DNA of 64,000 bases, taken from the NCBI RefSeq assembly GCF_006345805.1, contig NC_043005.1, forward strand, positions 107,632,001-107,696,000. Reading direction: 5' to 3'. Shown here in pieces: positions 39,455 to 53,315 of the stretch; the first letter of the stretch is position 1; every line of letters starts with the position of its first letter. The notes beneath the pieces were generated by a model. The model was given only the letters and a program-made list of their open reading frames with translations. It searched no databases and was not told where the DNA came from. Source of the stretch: Octopus sinensis (Eukaryota). Made by a program: the position numbers and the translations under genes.

Positions 39455-40569
39455 GTATATACATATATATATATACATATATATCCTCAGCTTTATTGAT
39501 GTATATGTGTATTAAGATAAATGAATAGATGTATTATATGTATTTATGAATGAACGGATTTTTATAAGTAATAAATATCATCAAAGTGAAATGTTAAAAA
39601 TATCCAGAGACATTAATTTTGAAATAATAATAATAGTAATAACAAAAATGAACATGTCATAAAAATGAATAAAAAAAAATTTAGTTTGATAGAAATTATC
39701 TAAAACTCAAATTCGAATTGACATTGACGAAAATAAAATGGTAATATATGTGAGACAGGAAGAAAGAAACGGTCCATAAAATAAATTAATAATACTAATA
39801 ACAACACAGAGCATTAATGATAATACTAATAATATTAAATATAATAATAATTTTAATACTAATATTGATAATAGCAATAATAATAAATACAAAATAATAA
39901 TTGTTGTTGTTATTAAATTTTTGATATGACAATGATAAAACTTGAGTAAGATTAATTATAATAATGATAATTATGTTCTATGTTAAAATTAGTTTACTAG
40001 ATTCCTATATTTAATATTGCCAAGTACAAAGTCTTTAAATATATTGAAAACTATTTCGTCAAAGAACTTCAAAGGTTATTTTTTTATTTATTTCTATTGT
40101 AATGTTTTTGCTTTCTGTCGGTGTTTTATCGTATTTTTTAAAGTTTAATTTATTTTCGCATTTTCTCTTGAATTCCTAGTGGAATTGAACGATACCAATA
40201 ATGTTACTTGTTGGTTTCAGTGTTGAAAAACGTACATAAAAACAAAGAAAACATGAAGACAGAGAATAAGAGGAAAAATATTTAAAAAGTAATATATCGA
40301 GAAAAAAAGAATGAAGTTTCTTAAACCGAGGTTTTAATGTAAGAGAAAAGGAAAAACGGGGAAGTGATGAAGAGTAAGGAGACACTGAGTAACTGAGGCA
40401 TGGAGAGCAGGGGAAGAGAGAGAGAAAGAAAGAAATTAAATGGAACTGAAAAACCATAATATAAATAGGAAATGAGAGAGCGAAAAATAGAGAGAGAGAG
40501 AGAGAAGCGGAGGGGGAAGACGAAGAGAGTGAGAAGCGAAGCAGGTGACAAAGAGAGGGGAAGAGAGAG

Positions 40570-41520
40570 AGAGAGAAACGGAGCGAGAGAGAAACGGAGC
40601 GAGAGAAAGAAGTTCAGAGAGAGAGAGAGAGAGAGGGAGAAACGGAACGAGAGAAAGAAGTTGAGAGAGAGAGAGAGAGAGGGAGAAACGGAGCGAGAGA
40701 AAGAAGTTGAGAGAGAAGAGAGAGAGAGAGAGAGGGAGAAACGGAACGAGAGAAAGAAGTTTGAGAGAGAGAGAGAGGGAGAAACGGAGCGAGAGAAAGA
40801 AGTTGAGAGAGAGAGAGGGAGAAGGAGGGAGAGAAAGAAGTTGAGAGAGAGAGGGAGAAACGGAGCGAGAGAAAAAAGTTGAGAGAGAGAGAGAGAGAAG
40901 CGGAGCGAGAGAAAGAAGTTGAGAGAGAGAGAGAGAGAGGGAGAAACGGAGCGAGAGAAAGAAGTTCAGAGAGAGAGAGAGGGAGAAACGGAACGAGAGA
41001 AAGAAGTTCAGAGAGAGAGAGAGGGAGAAACGGAGCGAGAGAAAGAAGTTGAGAGAGAGAGAGAGAGAGAGAGAGAAACGGAGAGAGGGAGAAACGGAAC
41101 GAGAGAAAGAAGTTGAGAGAGAGAGAGAGAGGGAGAAACGGAGCGAGAGAAAGAAGTTGAGAGAGAGAGAGAGGGAGAAACGGAGCGAGAGAAAGAAGTC
41201 GAGAGAGAGAGAGAGGGAGAAACGGAGCGAGAGAAAGAAGTTGAGAGAGAGAGAGGGAGAGGGGGAGAAACGGAGCAAGAGAAAGAAGTTGAGAGAGAGA
41301 GAGGGAGAAACGGAGTGAGAGAAAGAAGTTGAGAGAGAGAGAGAGGGGGAGAAACGGAGCAAGAGAAAGAAGGAGAGAATCGGAGCGAGAGAAAGAAGTT
41401 GAGAGAGAGAGAGAGGAGAAACGGAGCAAGAGAAAGAAGGAGAGAATCGGAGCGAGAGAAAGAAGTTGAGAGAGAGAGAGAGAGAGGGAGAAACGGAGGA
41501 AGAGAAAGAAGTTGAAAGAG
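40570..41520. repeat. purine-rich minisatellite, unit GGGAGAAACGGAGCGAGAGAAAGAAGTT(GA)n, about 24 copies
   Basis: direct reading; variable (GA)n spacer; a longer variant unit is duplicated near 41341-41470. Confidence 0.95.
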
Positions 41521-41524
41521 AGAG

Positions 41525-41558
<34 letters not shown>

Positions 41559-41949
41559 CGACCCAGAGAGAGCAATGTAAAATAAAAACGGTGGACTCAA
41601 AGATGCAAGGAGACAAAGAGGAAAAGAAGATCGGGAGAGAGATAAAATGAGAAAGAAAGAGAGAGAGAGAGAGAGAGAGAGGCTGTATGTGCATGCGTGT
41701 ATATACGTGTGAGCGTTTATATGTATCTATGATTGTAAGTTTATGAATGAAACAGAGAAAGATTGAGAAAAGTGGCATTTCCATATAAGTGACACTAAAT
41801 TAAATGAATGCTAAAATAATAACATGACGTTAGTATACACGAGTATATATTTCTATGGGTTTAGCATATTTACGTATGTATATATATGTGTGTATGTGTG
41901 CGCGCGTGTATGTGCTTGTGTGTGTATGTGTGTATGTATATAATGAAAA

Positions 41950-43880
41950 ACCATAAATTTCAAACAGTAAGAACAATGAAACTCCCTTGAGCTGTTATTT
42001 ATGCTTTTCTCTAATTGGTTTGCCAATATTCTGACACTGGGACACATCATTTAAAATGGAAATGACCAGAATGGCTTTTAAAATATCTGATCATATTCTT
42101 AAAGAATTAAGTTCTCTTCAGCTTCTCGCTTGTTTTACTTGATTATTTCTTTTTACTTTTAATATATTTCATTATTATATTTTCTTGCTTTTGTTTCCAT
42201 AGATGTTTAGAAATGTCTATGAAGTTATTTATTCATATTTTTCTCTTTTTTCTTTGCTTCATAACGAGTTTTTAGTAATTGTAAAACCACAACGAAATAG
42301 TAAGAATACAGATATATAATGTCTGAATTAATGGTGAAATAAAATGTCTTAATGGTATTAAATGTTGATGATAATTTGCTGTCAACTGATACAAAATGTT
42401 TAAATGTATTTCAGCACTATCTCTATACACAGAAATACAGGACACGTGACAACGAGGGCGGTTGTATGTAGACACTTGATCATCTTGAAATAACTAAGGA
42501 ATCTCCTCAACGCACACTCTGCCGTGTTAGTTAATAAGAGAAATGGACAGGGATATGTAAGTATGTATGCATGTATATATATATATGTATATATACATGT
42601 ATGTATATATATGTTTATATATATATATGTATATATATAAATGTATATACATGCATATATATATGCATATATAGATGGCGTAGGGCTTTTCTCATGCATC
42701 TCAATTAGGGGGACAGATAGCTAATAACTAAAAACAACGGTTGCACCATGAAACAATGATAGTGGATTTAAGGGAACCCATGTCCTGTAAGAAATAGCAG
42801 CGAAATATCCTTGATTAAAGTGAGGACAAAATCCAACCACTACCACTTCCATTTGCCTGGGGGTTGGGGTCGATGGCGAGCTGACCCACGAAATTTTGTA
42901 ACGCGTGTATTCTTGAATATGATCACGATAATGGTTTTGTAGGAGAAAAAGCAAATAAGAAAAGGCATCAAGAAAAACAAGTTCTTTGAAAGGAGCGTTG
43001 GTTTTCTTTTTGATATATCGGCCATTCCTTATACTCCTGTTCACGTAGGCGAGACTTCAATAGTTACAAAATGGCAAACCTTATCTAACTGAGGATGTAG
43101 TTCTTCTGTTTATTCTTTCTATGCTAATGTTAGACAAATAGATTTCTTACGGCGAGGATTTGGATCTGAAGAACTCAAATGACTTAGAAACATGTAACTC
43201 CGCATTGAAAATGGTAAGAAACATTCAAAGAAATGTTTGGCTGCTGTTAAATTATGCAGATTAAGAAACTTATTGTGATATCAGTCAGTCTACGTTCACT
43301 GGTAAGCTACACTGTCTAACTGAGGATGCAAGCAATGATTGACTGATTGGGAGTTCGACAATCAATTCAAATATTCCTTAGTGGGAATAAATGCAGAAAT
43401 AAAAGAATGAAAATTTAACAGAAAGAAATGTATTTGGTGGTGTTACTGTATGTAAGGAACCAGAGCTAATGATGTGTATTTCATATGTAGTTGAAAAGGC
43501 CCACTAATTCGAAGAATTCTTAATCCTGTCTTCCATATCAGTGGTGTTTGGAGAACAGAAACCATATTATAAATTGACCTCTTATCTCAGGGGAAATAGA
43601 CATCTTGCCTGGTAATGCAATGGATTTAATTTTTAGTAGCTGTTGATGTAGTTGTCTTTTAGCTCAGAATGGCCCTGATTCAACAGATCTACTATCGAAT
43701 GCATTCTAGCCCTAGCTATGAACATCTAGTCTTTTTGTTTCATACATAGTAGATCTGAGACTAATTAATGAAATATTCCTACCTTTTCATGATACGTCTG
43801 TTATTATCAGGACGTCTTGCGACAACTTAGAGCTGTTGATTTGGAGACAGTATTATTTTTATTATTATTATTATTATTAT

Positions 43881-43931
<51 letters not shown>

Positions 43932-44005
43932 CAGTGGTAGTAGTAGTATTAGTAGTAGTAGTAGTAGCAGCAGCAGTAGTAGTAGTAGCGGTAGCAGTGG
44001 CAGTG

Positions 44006-44055
<50 letters not shown>

Positions 44056-46050
44056 TGCTTTTGATGGTTGTTTTGTCGATAGTGATGGTGTTTGTGCTGG
44101 GAGTGGTGATGGTTATAGTACGCTTGTTTGATTTGATGTTTAGTCCCTGGACAGCTGCGATCCAGTAGAACTGCCAGTCGTTCAAATTGTGGCCATCATT
44201 ATTTCATTTTCAAACATATGGCATCCAATGTTTTATTCGTTAAATTTGGCTGCTAATTGCAGTAGATCTGATGGCTGTGTAGATACTCCGCTGTTAGTTC
44301 ATTCCCAAGTATTATACTCTACTGCTGACTCATAGATACAAACATATAAAGCAAACATCATAATACAGACATCATTTATGTGTTACTATAGATTATGTGA
44401 TTCATTGATTCAAATAGCATTTATGTCTTACTGTAGTAGACACACATCTACAAACATTATTTATGTTTTCCTGTACGTTCACAGAGCGAAACAACATTTA
44501 CGTGTTACTGTGAACTCCAGGATACAAGCAGTAGTATTTTTAAATGCGCGTTTCTATAAGAAATATTTGCTAATATCTTTGCAAAAAATTATTAATATAA
44601 CGACTTCTAATTCCTTCATCTATATGTCTTATCTCCAGTGATGTAAACAAAACATAAAACAAAATGCATATTGACTTGAAGTTGCTGCAAGTAATGTTCT
44701 GATTAAGAGTCGCTCGATAAAATATAATTTTTCCAGTGCTAGCCGTTTGTCAATGTTCTTTCGGTGACTTCCACTTCATCACAATTCTCTAGCTGACAGA
44801 ATGTGATCTCTGTTATCAATTAGTTAATCCTTATTACAATTTGCTTATATCTCTGGCACCAGAGTGCAGCCACAAATGTTCACGAAAATGAAATGATGTT
44901 CTGTTATTTATTTTTTCTATTCTAATGTTAGACAAATAAATTTTCTTACGGCGAGGATTTGGATCTGAAGAACTCAAATGACTTAGAAATGTGTAACTCC
45001 ATATTGAAGATGGTAAAAAATATTCAAGGAATAGTTTGGTTGCTGTTAAATTATGCAGATTAAGAAGCTTTTTACGAGACAAACTTAGAGTGTTCTCACT
45101 TAATCTCGCTTCACTGGCAAGCTACACTATTGCAAAATCTTTGATCTCTGATCTTTGTGTCGTAGGTTTCTGGCTATAACCATCATGTCATATTTCAAGA
45201 AATTGTGCATATTTAAGAAAATGTGTTTAATGTGTACATTAAGACGTCAAAGTTCCAATTGTTTGAAGTCGAGCAACCTCATAGAAGCTGTCTGATTGCT
45301 TTGTGTTTTATAGGATAAAAATTGAATTCGGTATTTAATCCAGTTGCTGATATATTCTAGATTCACTACAGAAGGATTTCATTTTTTAAATCAAGATAAA
45401 ATACATCATGGTCATTTTGCCAGTTTACCCAATAATACATCATGTAATCTCAGTGGAATTGTGGGAATCAATTCGATCAACTGGTGAAATTAACGTGTAA
45501 GTAGCTGAGTATTCCAGACACGTATATACATAATTTTATTCTCAGGCCAAATCGGAATAACACAGTAAGATGGACCTTTGAATTTCCGGTGCAATCCAGA
45601 AAGAAATAGAAAGTAGAGTAGACGCCTATACTGGACTGACATTTCCTTCATTGACACTGGAAACTGGAAAGGTGAATGGAAATACTGACTGTAGTAGTAG
45701 TTTAACTGAGTGCAGAGAGCTGGAAAAAACAAGGCAAGGCATAATATCCAATTTCTCACTATCTTTTCAATTCGATGCTTCGAATCATCAATATGGCTGA
45801 TGTTTAGATGTGGAGTAAACGATCTTAAATTCAGCTACTTAGTCCAGTGCTAAAATCTCCTAAGACTGACTGAGTGTCTTTCGAAGTTAACGTTTCCAGA
45901 AACATTTAGATCTTGTGATTTGAAATCAGATAACACCTTTTGTAATATAGATCGCAGTAGCCTTATTTAAAAGGGAGATAATTCATTCGATAAATCTATT
46001 AAATAATCTACGAGAATCTTGGAAATAAAATACTTTATTATATTAATTCC
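41950..46050 (+). pseudogene. degenerate LRR-coding remnants with an internal duplication
   Basis: DHILKELSSLQLL (42086), IQIFLSGNK, SFGDFHFITIL*LTECDL, HHGHFASLPNNTSCNLSG (45401), RFQKHLDLVI*NQITPF (45891), IHSINLLNN. Confidence 0.4.
43855..44055. repeat. (TTA)n-(TAG)n compound trinucleotide tract
   Basis: direct reading. Confidence 0.95.
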
Positions 46051-46486
46051 CATCTACCAATAAATGGACATTATAACATAATTATGGGAAGAGCAGTAAA
46101 TTAACCATCAAAAATATCAAACTAAAAGGAAAACAAGTATTTTATACATTCTTTAAAGTACAAAAGATAAGCTATTTTTAAGAAATTACAAGCATAATTA
46201 AATTCTAAGATAGCTAAGCAGAAACTGAAAGTAATTCCATGGCACAAATGAACACAATGAAAATGCATGTATAATTATAGATGATAGTCTAAATCTATTA
46301 CCCCCTTTAACACCATGAACTGGGTTTTGGTAAATTCAGAGGCATCCCCTGTGTTACGAGCGTTCCTTTCTTCCCCATGCTAGTCTCAAATTTGTGACGT
46401 TACCCATTTTCTCCAATGCCTAGGCTCTAAAACATATAGAATTCAGTTTTTCAATGGCATAATGTGTTTTTGCTGGGGTTGAATAG

Positions 46487-46524
<38 letters not shown>

Positions 46525-46540
46525 TATATATAATATATAT

Positions 46541-46590
<50 letters not shown>

Positions 46591-48284
46591 GGTTTAGGCT
46601 CATAGGTGGAGTCCCAGTATTCCTTAGCTGAGGACTCCAGTTTACGTAAAGGTGTACTGTTTTGTATACTTTGTCATGCATTCTACATACTTGATAAATT
46701 ATTATGGCATGCAATTTCCATGTAGAGGAGGAATAAAAACGTTAACTAGAAGTGGATAATAGGTATTAAAAAATCTGATATGGTAAAAATATAGGTCAAA
46801 AAATAATACCTAAGAAAGGTTCTCATGTCCCTAATTATAAACAAAAAAAATTTTACATAATACTATTTGAAAACGAAATAAGTTAATCTGTATCAAGATT
46901 ACATCGTGTGACAAATGTTTGCCATGCATTGAAAGGTTGCTAACAATAACACAACCAATGATGTGAAATGTTATTGCGTCATGAGAATATGACACAATGG
47001 TCAATATATCATCTCATGAAATAGTGGATATTACAGAATCATCCTGAAAAATATTGATTCAATTTCTGAAAAAGACAAAAAAAAAGGTTCGTAAAAATAT
47101 TGGTAAATTGAATATCTGTTGTGAAACACATCGGTATTCTGAAAACCATGAATTATATTCATGTATTCACATATATACATAACCACACACAGACACATAT
47201 TCCTACTGATTTTACATACTTGTGTGTGTGTGTATATATATAAGAGCGTGTGTGTATGTATAAGAGTGTGTGTATATTTATAAGTGTGTGTATATTGACA
47301 ATCTACTTTATAATTTTACATTTTGTGAGCATTGGGACAGCCTTGTATGTTCGTGTATATGTATAATAACGGATACGTTCGGCCACAATATATATCATTC
47401 ATATATCATATATCATTCGTAAGCAATAGTTTACCTATTGATACATGTATATTTGTGTATGTGTGTGTGTGTGTGTGTCTGCATAAATTCAACTTCATTT
47501 GTATGAAATCAGCAGGGCTTATCTACATGATGCAGGATTTGATTTTACGGTAAATTTTGAAAGAAAAAAGAACAAAGAAAAATGAAAACACGAGCAAAAC
47601 AAAGCAATATAATATATACAATACGCAATTCCAATGACTGCCACAATATTACCTGACCATGAAAAAAATCTCAAAAATCTAGCAAGAACAGAAGCGTCAC
47701 TATCATGATCCTCAACCCAAAACAAGCAAAACAAGCTATTTCACAGAGAAATTCTCCCTGAAAAACAAAATGGAAAAAAAAAATGTAGAATTAAACAAGA
47801 TTAAATTTGATGGGCTGTTTTTTTCTTTTTATCGATTTATGATTTTATAAGCAAAATCCAATCTTTTTTTATTGAAAAAATATGCGAAAGAAAAAATATC
47901 ACGAAGAAAATAAATGGCCATAAAAAATATACTTGCAGGTAAATAAAACTGATGAAGAAATGAAATCGAAAATATATAATTAATATCTATATACATATAC
48001 ATATATAAATTTACACACATAAACACAGACATTTTATGTACATCTATATATAGTTTAAAAAGACTATATATATGCACATTCACACATTCAATACTCATAT
48101 GCATATAGACATATACTTACACACAAGAAAGCACAAGTACACAGACACATATGTTATACGTATGTATGAATTTACAAATACGCGATCACATAAAAATCTG
48201 AAATGAGGCAACGTACTATAAAATATGCCAAGAAAATATTAAAACTTGTTTGAGTTGATAGACATGTTTTTTTTTTAACATGCT

Positions 48285-48368
48285 GCTGCTGCTGCTGATG
48301 TTGATGATGATGACAATGACGATGATGATCACGACGATAATGATGATGAACACGAAAATGATGATGGC

Positions 48369-48404
<36 letters not shown>

Positions 48405-48510
48405 AATGATGACGACGACGAGAACCAGGTAGTTGATGATGACGACGAAGACGACGACGATGACGATGACGACGACGATGACGATGACGATGATGATGAT
48501 GATGATGAAT
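48285..48510. repeat. (GCT)/(GAT)/(GAC)n trinucleotide tract
   Basis: direct reading; the His-rich and Ser-rich ORFs are artefacts. Confidence 0.95.
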
Positions 48511-48863
48511 ATCTATAACAAAAACGACAAGCATACATAACGACATCAGGTTCAACAACGGCAATAAAGGCAACAACAACTACAAACACAGCCACAACAA
48601 ATTTTTCAGAAGAAAAAAAATTGAAAACAGAATCAGGAACAGAAATAATATATAATAATATGGAAAGATGAATTATGTTTAGAATTCTACGTGCACGTGT
48701 GGGTGCGTATGTGTGTGTATGTGTGTGTATGTTATGCCTCTTGATACGCTTGTAGTGGTACATATTCTTAAAAAGGACGTATGTATAATGGGAATGTATA
48801 TATGCGTGTCTAAAGTCTGGGTATGTAATTGTGTGTATACATACTCATTCCTATATATAAATG

Positions 48864-48923
<60 letters not shown>

Positions 48924-48924
48924 C

Positions 48925-49195
48925 AATACAAAATGGGACAAGAACGCAAAACATCCAGACAGACGATATAAAGAAAGCAAGGACGGATCATTCGGAGTTT
49001 TCTTTCCTCAGTCGAGTTCCAGATTATCTTTGCAATTTCGGCTTGTGCAAAGATAACCTGGAACTCGAGTGAGGAAAGAAAACGTTGCATGACCCGTCCT
49101 TGCTTTCTTCGTATCATCTGTCTGGATGTTTTGTTGTCCCTTTTTTATATCACCTAACTGTCTGGATGTTTTGCGTTCTTATCCAATTTTGTATT
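48925..49195. mobile_element. fold-back palindrome of a PLE pLTR-like repeat within (TA)n
   Basis: arms 48925-49034 and 49046-49195, 11-nt loop; right arm carries an internal duplication. Confidence 0.85.
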
Positions 49196-49582
49196 TTATA
49201 TATATATATATACATAAGATACATAAATAGGGTAGCGAATATTCGTTATTAATATCACCACCAGTGGCCTAGCATGTATAAATAGTCAATAAACAACATA
49301 TTCTTATTTTAAAAATAGTGTACAGTTAAACACAAAAGAAAACTACCCTTTAACAGGTAATTCTTACATGCTAGAAGAAGCAGCTAAAACGGCCAAAACC
49401 ACAATTTAATAGCAATTTTCGAAGGAAATAAAAAATAAAACATGTACCTTGGTTCTTTTTGCGGCTACAGCTATGTTCGAAATTTCTTTAGCAAATAAGA
49501 TTATCTGCACCCTTTAACATGTAATTTATCAAGTAAAATTATAAGATAATACATACATATAGCTTTGGTCTCTTATATATAT

Positions 49583-49665
<83 letters not shown>

Positions 49666-49843
49666 TATATATAGATATATATATATATATTATATATATG
49701 TATATATATATATATGTATATATATGTATATATATATATATATATATATAAAATATTATTCGAGACAAAACCACTATTTTGCAAAACAAACAAGGAAAGA
49801 CTTAATTAATACATAAAATTTTAATAAATAGTCAAAAAAACCG

Positions 49844-49886
49844 CCACTACAATCGTTTCTTGTCTTGATCGACAATCTTCAGGTGG
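49844..49886 (-). ncRNA. minimal type I hammerhead ribozyme with canonical core
   Basis: CCAC-CUGAAGA-UUGUC-GAUCAA-GACAA-GAAA-C-GAUU-GUA|GUGG: stems I, II and III all pair. Confidence 0.75.
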
Positions 49887-50299
49887 TCTTCCAATAATTC
49901 AGTGTCAAATTATGACATATATATATATATATAGAATTAACTCACCTATGTCATTCTGTATCTTCTCAAAACGACCATCAAGATGCCTTTTAAAATCATT
50001 TTATACCAACTTTCTCATCTCTTTTGATTACCGCTATACATTCACCATCAGCATATTTTAATATCCTCATAGATTTTAATTCGGACATACAAGCTCAGAA
50101 GTACATTTCCATATTTATATATTTATAAATTTGTTTATATCTCGTGAATATGAATGCACCTGTATATGCTGCGGAGTATTACGACGCCTTGAAATATGTT
50201 GAGTGAATATGAACACTGACTTCGAAATTTGTTCTCTCTTTCTTGGTTGACTCTCTCCAGACACAGCAAAATATATATATATATATATTTTTTTTTCTC

Positions 50300-50677
50300 T
50301 TTTTCTCTTTTTACTTGTTTCAGTCAATTTGACTGCGGCCATACTGGTGCACCGCCTTTAGTCAAGCAAATCGACCCCAGGACTTATTCTTTGAAAGCCC
50401 AGTACTTATTCTATCGGTCTCTTTTGCCGAACCGCTAAGTGACGGGGACGTAAACACACCAGCGTCGGTTGTCAAGCAATGCTAGGGGGACAAACACAGA
50501 CACACAAACATACACGCACATGCATATATATACATATATACGACGGGCTTCTTTCAGTTTCCGTCTACCAAATCCACTCACAAGGCTTTGGTCGGCCCTA
50601 GGTGCCACGCAGTGGGACTGAACCCGTAACCATGCGGTTTGTAAACAAGCTACTTACCACACAGCCACTCCTGCGCC
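50300..50677 (-). mobile_element. SINE family A, near full length, ~30-bp internal deletion
   Basis: matches 22750-23158. Confidence 0.95.
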
Positions 50678-50722
50678 TATATATAACGATTACCTATATA
50701 TATATAAATATAAATATATATA

Positions 50723-50762
<40 letters not shown>

Positions 50763-51892
50763 TAAGGGTAGAAATTGATATTAATCAATTAAAACCAGTG
50801 GCTTGGCATATTTTAAAAATTCCGGAGATTAAAATCGTTTTACATACAAAATTTAGAAGGCTGACCATTAAAGTGGACAGCTTATACGCTAAACATAGAC
50901 GTCAAATCGCCATTTACCACGAAGAAAGTGTTCCCAAGAAAAATCTCAGCAAAAGACCAAAGTTTAAAAGTATGCAAGATACATGAAAATATACGAAATA
51001 AAAAACGATTACATATATTCTCAAAACACAATTTCCAGAACTAGATACAGAACGCTCAAATGAAATCCAGCATGTATAAAGTTCTACAAATTATATTTAG
51101 GTGTATCTTTCAAATGCCTTTACATATGTAATCGTTTTTTATTTCGTATATTTTCATGTGTCTTGCTTATTTTTACACTTTGTTTTTTTGATGAGAATTC
51201 TTCTTGAGAACACATTCTTCGTGGTAAATGGCGAATTGACGTCTATGTTTAGCATATAGGCTGGTTGTCCACTTTTAGGGGTCAGTCCTCTAAATGTTGT
51301 ATATGTATATATATACATATAGGGGAGAATTCCCCCCCCCAAAAAAAAGACAAAAGACAAAAGAAAGATGTATTAATATAACGCTCGGGAAGTGAAAAAG
51401 TATTTAACGTTTCGAGCCTACGCTCTTCCATAGAAAGGAACAGAGAAAGAAACAAGGAGAGAAAATAAAGAATGTGTATGGATATACATATATATATACA
51501 GAGAGAGAGAGAGAGAGAGAGAGAGGAGAAAGAGAGAGGGGAACAAACTATATACAGATAGACAAATAGATAGACCTATGAAACACGTGATGCATTTAAA
51601 AGTTTGAGATTTGTTTATGCATGAGAAAAGAGTGCAGATGGGCATCCCTGTACTCAGTCTTGGAGAAGAATCCTCTGATATAGAGCCTGAGGATCCGTTC
51701 ATCCCTAACATTTGAAGGCCTGAAGACCAATTTGACTCATGAATGCGGTTCTGTGTTACATTTAGCTTTAAAGAATTTTACACATTAGAATCTCTTGAAA
51801 CCAATAAAAAAAACACTTTTCAAATTTAATTTTTATTCTAAATTTATCAAACGATGGACCATGAGTTTTGGAAGCGATAAAATACTTCCACT

Positions 51893-52057
51893 TCTTCGTC
51901 TGTCTTTACGTTCTGAGTTCAAATTCCGCCGAGGTCGACTTTGCCTTCTTACTTTTTGGTTCGATAAATTAAGTACCAGCTTCGTACTGGGGTCGATGTA
52001 ATTGACTGGCCCCCTCCCCCAAAATTTCGGGCCTTGTACCTAGAGTAGGGAAAAGAA
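51893..52057 (+). mobile_element. SINE family B-related subfamily
   Basis: CTGAGTTCAAATTCCGCCGAGGTCGAC...AATTTCGGGCCTTGTACCTAGAGTAG. Confidence 0.85.
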
Positions 52058-52296
52058 AACTTCGACTTCGAAAATTTTTGCCGCTTGTGGGAAGTCTGTG
52101 ACGGATGTAGCATCGGCGGTATCGGCAGTGATATTCCGATCGCTTCCGCTGCGGCATCCTTTCTTGCTGGTTCCGCTAATGACTAAGAAATAATTTTACT
52201 TGGGTACCAGGGCGTGTACGTATGCATGTTTGTGTGTGTATTTCTCTGTGTATGTATATGCATGAATCCATGTTTGTGTGTGTGTGTTGTGTGTGT

Positions 52297-52352
<56 letters not shown>

Positions 52353-52785
52353 AGTATGTGTGTTTCTGAGTGTATGTAAATAGACAACAGTTTTTCTTTT
52401 AAACTTAGTTTTAAAATGTGACTTGAACATAGTCGTGCTTTAAATAAAATATACCTTAAAGATATTTCCATGGATATTTACCGGAATGAATTGTCGTGAT
52501 ATGATATGAATTCACGCAAATATCTTTGAACTATATATAGATATACTGAAACAAAATCAATATACAGTATTTTAATCTAACATGTTTTACATAGTTTCGT
52601 GGATAATTGATGCCTGTGTGAAAATTATACATCAGTCTGTGTGTCAGTCTATCTTTCTCTATCGACATATTTATATGTATATATGTATATAATGTATGTA
52701 AACAACAGTAACATTCATCCCAACCGGAACTGCCACATTATGTTGGCAAATAATATTTACTTTATGTCAATATATATTCTTTTAT

Positions 52786-53076
52786 TGGTTGTATACTGTC
52801 AATTTAACGTGACAGTAGGGGATTACACCACCGCTGTTTAGCCCTAGGAAGCATCGACGCCTCCTGATGGCTTCGACACATTCTTTTTCCTGTGTGCTTA
52901 TATATTTACGAAGGGGGTACAAATACCCCCAGCGGCCAGGCCTGCATCTAGAGACACGCATGTTTCAGGATCTTTGTCCATCATCGGTTTAGAGTAGCAG
53001 ACGCCCGCCAGCTGCAGATATCTGTCCCGACTTCGTAAATATATATATTTAATTTTCAGTGAAGTTTATTCACTGA
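52786..53076 (-). mobile_element. hammerhead-bearing pLTR/retrozyme-like unit, inverted copy with an empty target site
   Basis: reverse complement of 53244-53315 joined to 54988-55207; uninterrupted ATCTGCAGCTGGCGG at 53005-53019 (minus). Confidence 0.85.
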
Positions 53077-53315
53077 AAATGAGTCGAAGCCATCAGGAGG
53101 CGTCGATGCTTCCTAGGGCTAAACAGCGGTGGTGTAATCCCCTACTTTCACGTTAAGTTGACAGTATTCAAACATTCTATCGCCCCACCAACGTACATAT
53201 CTCTATGAGATATTTAGAAATTTAATATTTCTGATTTTGGTAATCAGTGAATAAACTTCACTGAAAATTAGATATATATATTTACGAAGTCGGGACAGAT
53301 ATCTGCAGCTGGCGG

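Noticed and set aside
40570-41520. CRISPR-like repeat-spacer array
   Set aside because: Spacers are just (GA)n of variable length, the context is eukaryotic and there are no cas genes.
40436-41784. 258-379-aa Leu/Ser/Phe ORFs (minus) and RE-repeat ORFs (plus)
   Set aside because: Stop-free only because of the purine-rich minisatellite; all three minus frames are open.
43817-44185. poly-Val/poly-Tyr ORFs resembling a transmembrane segment
   Set aside because: (TAG)n repeat.
45600-45680. RRLYWTD motif suggesting an LDL-receptor YWTD propeller
   Set aside because: Single short match flanked by stops, with wrong spacing to the upstream PNG-like motif.
48172-48763. His-rich and Ser-rich ORFs
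   Set aside because: Trinucleotide tract with no flanking coding signal.
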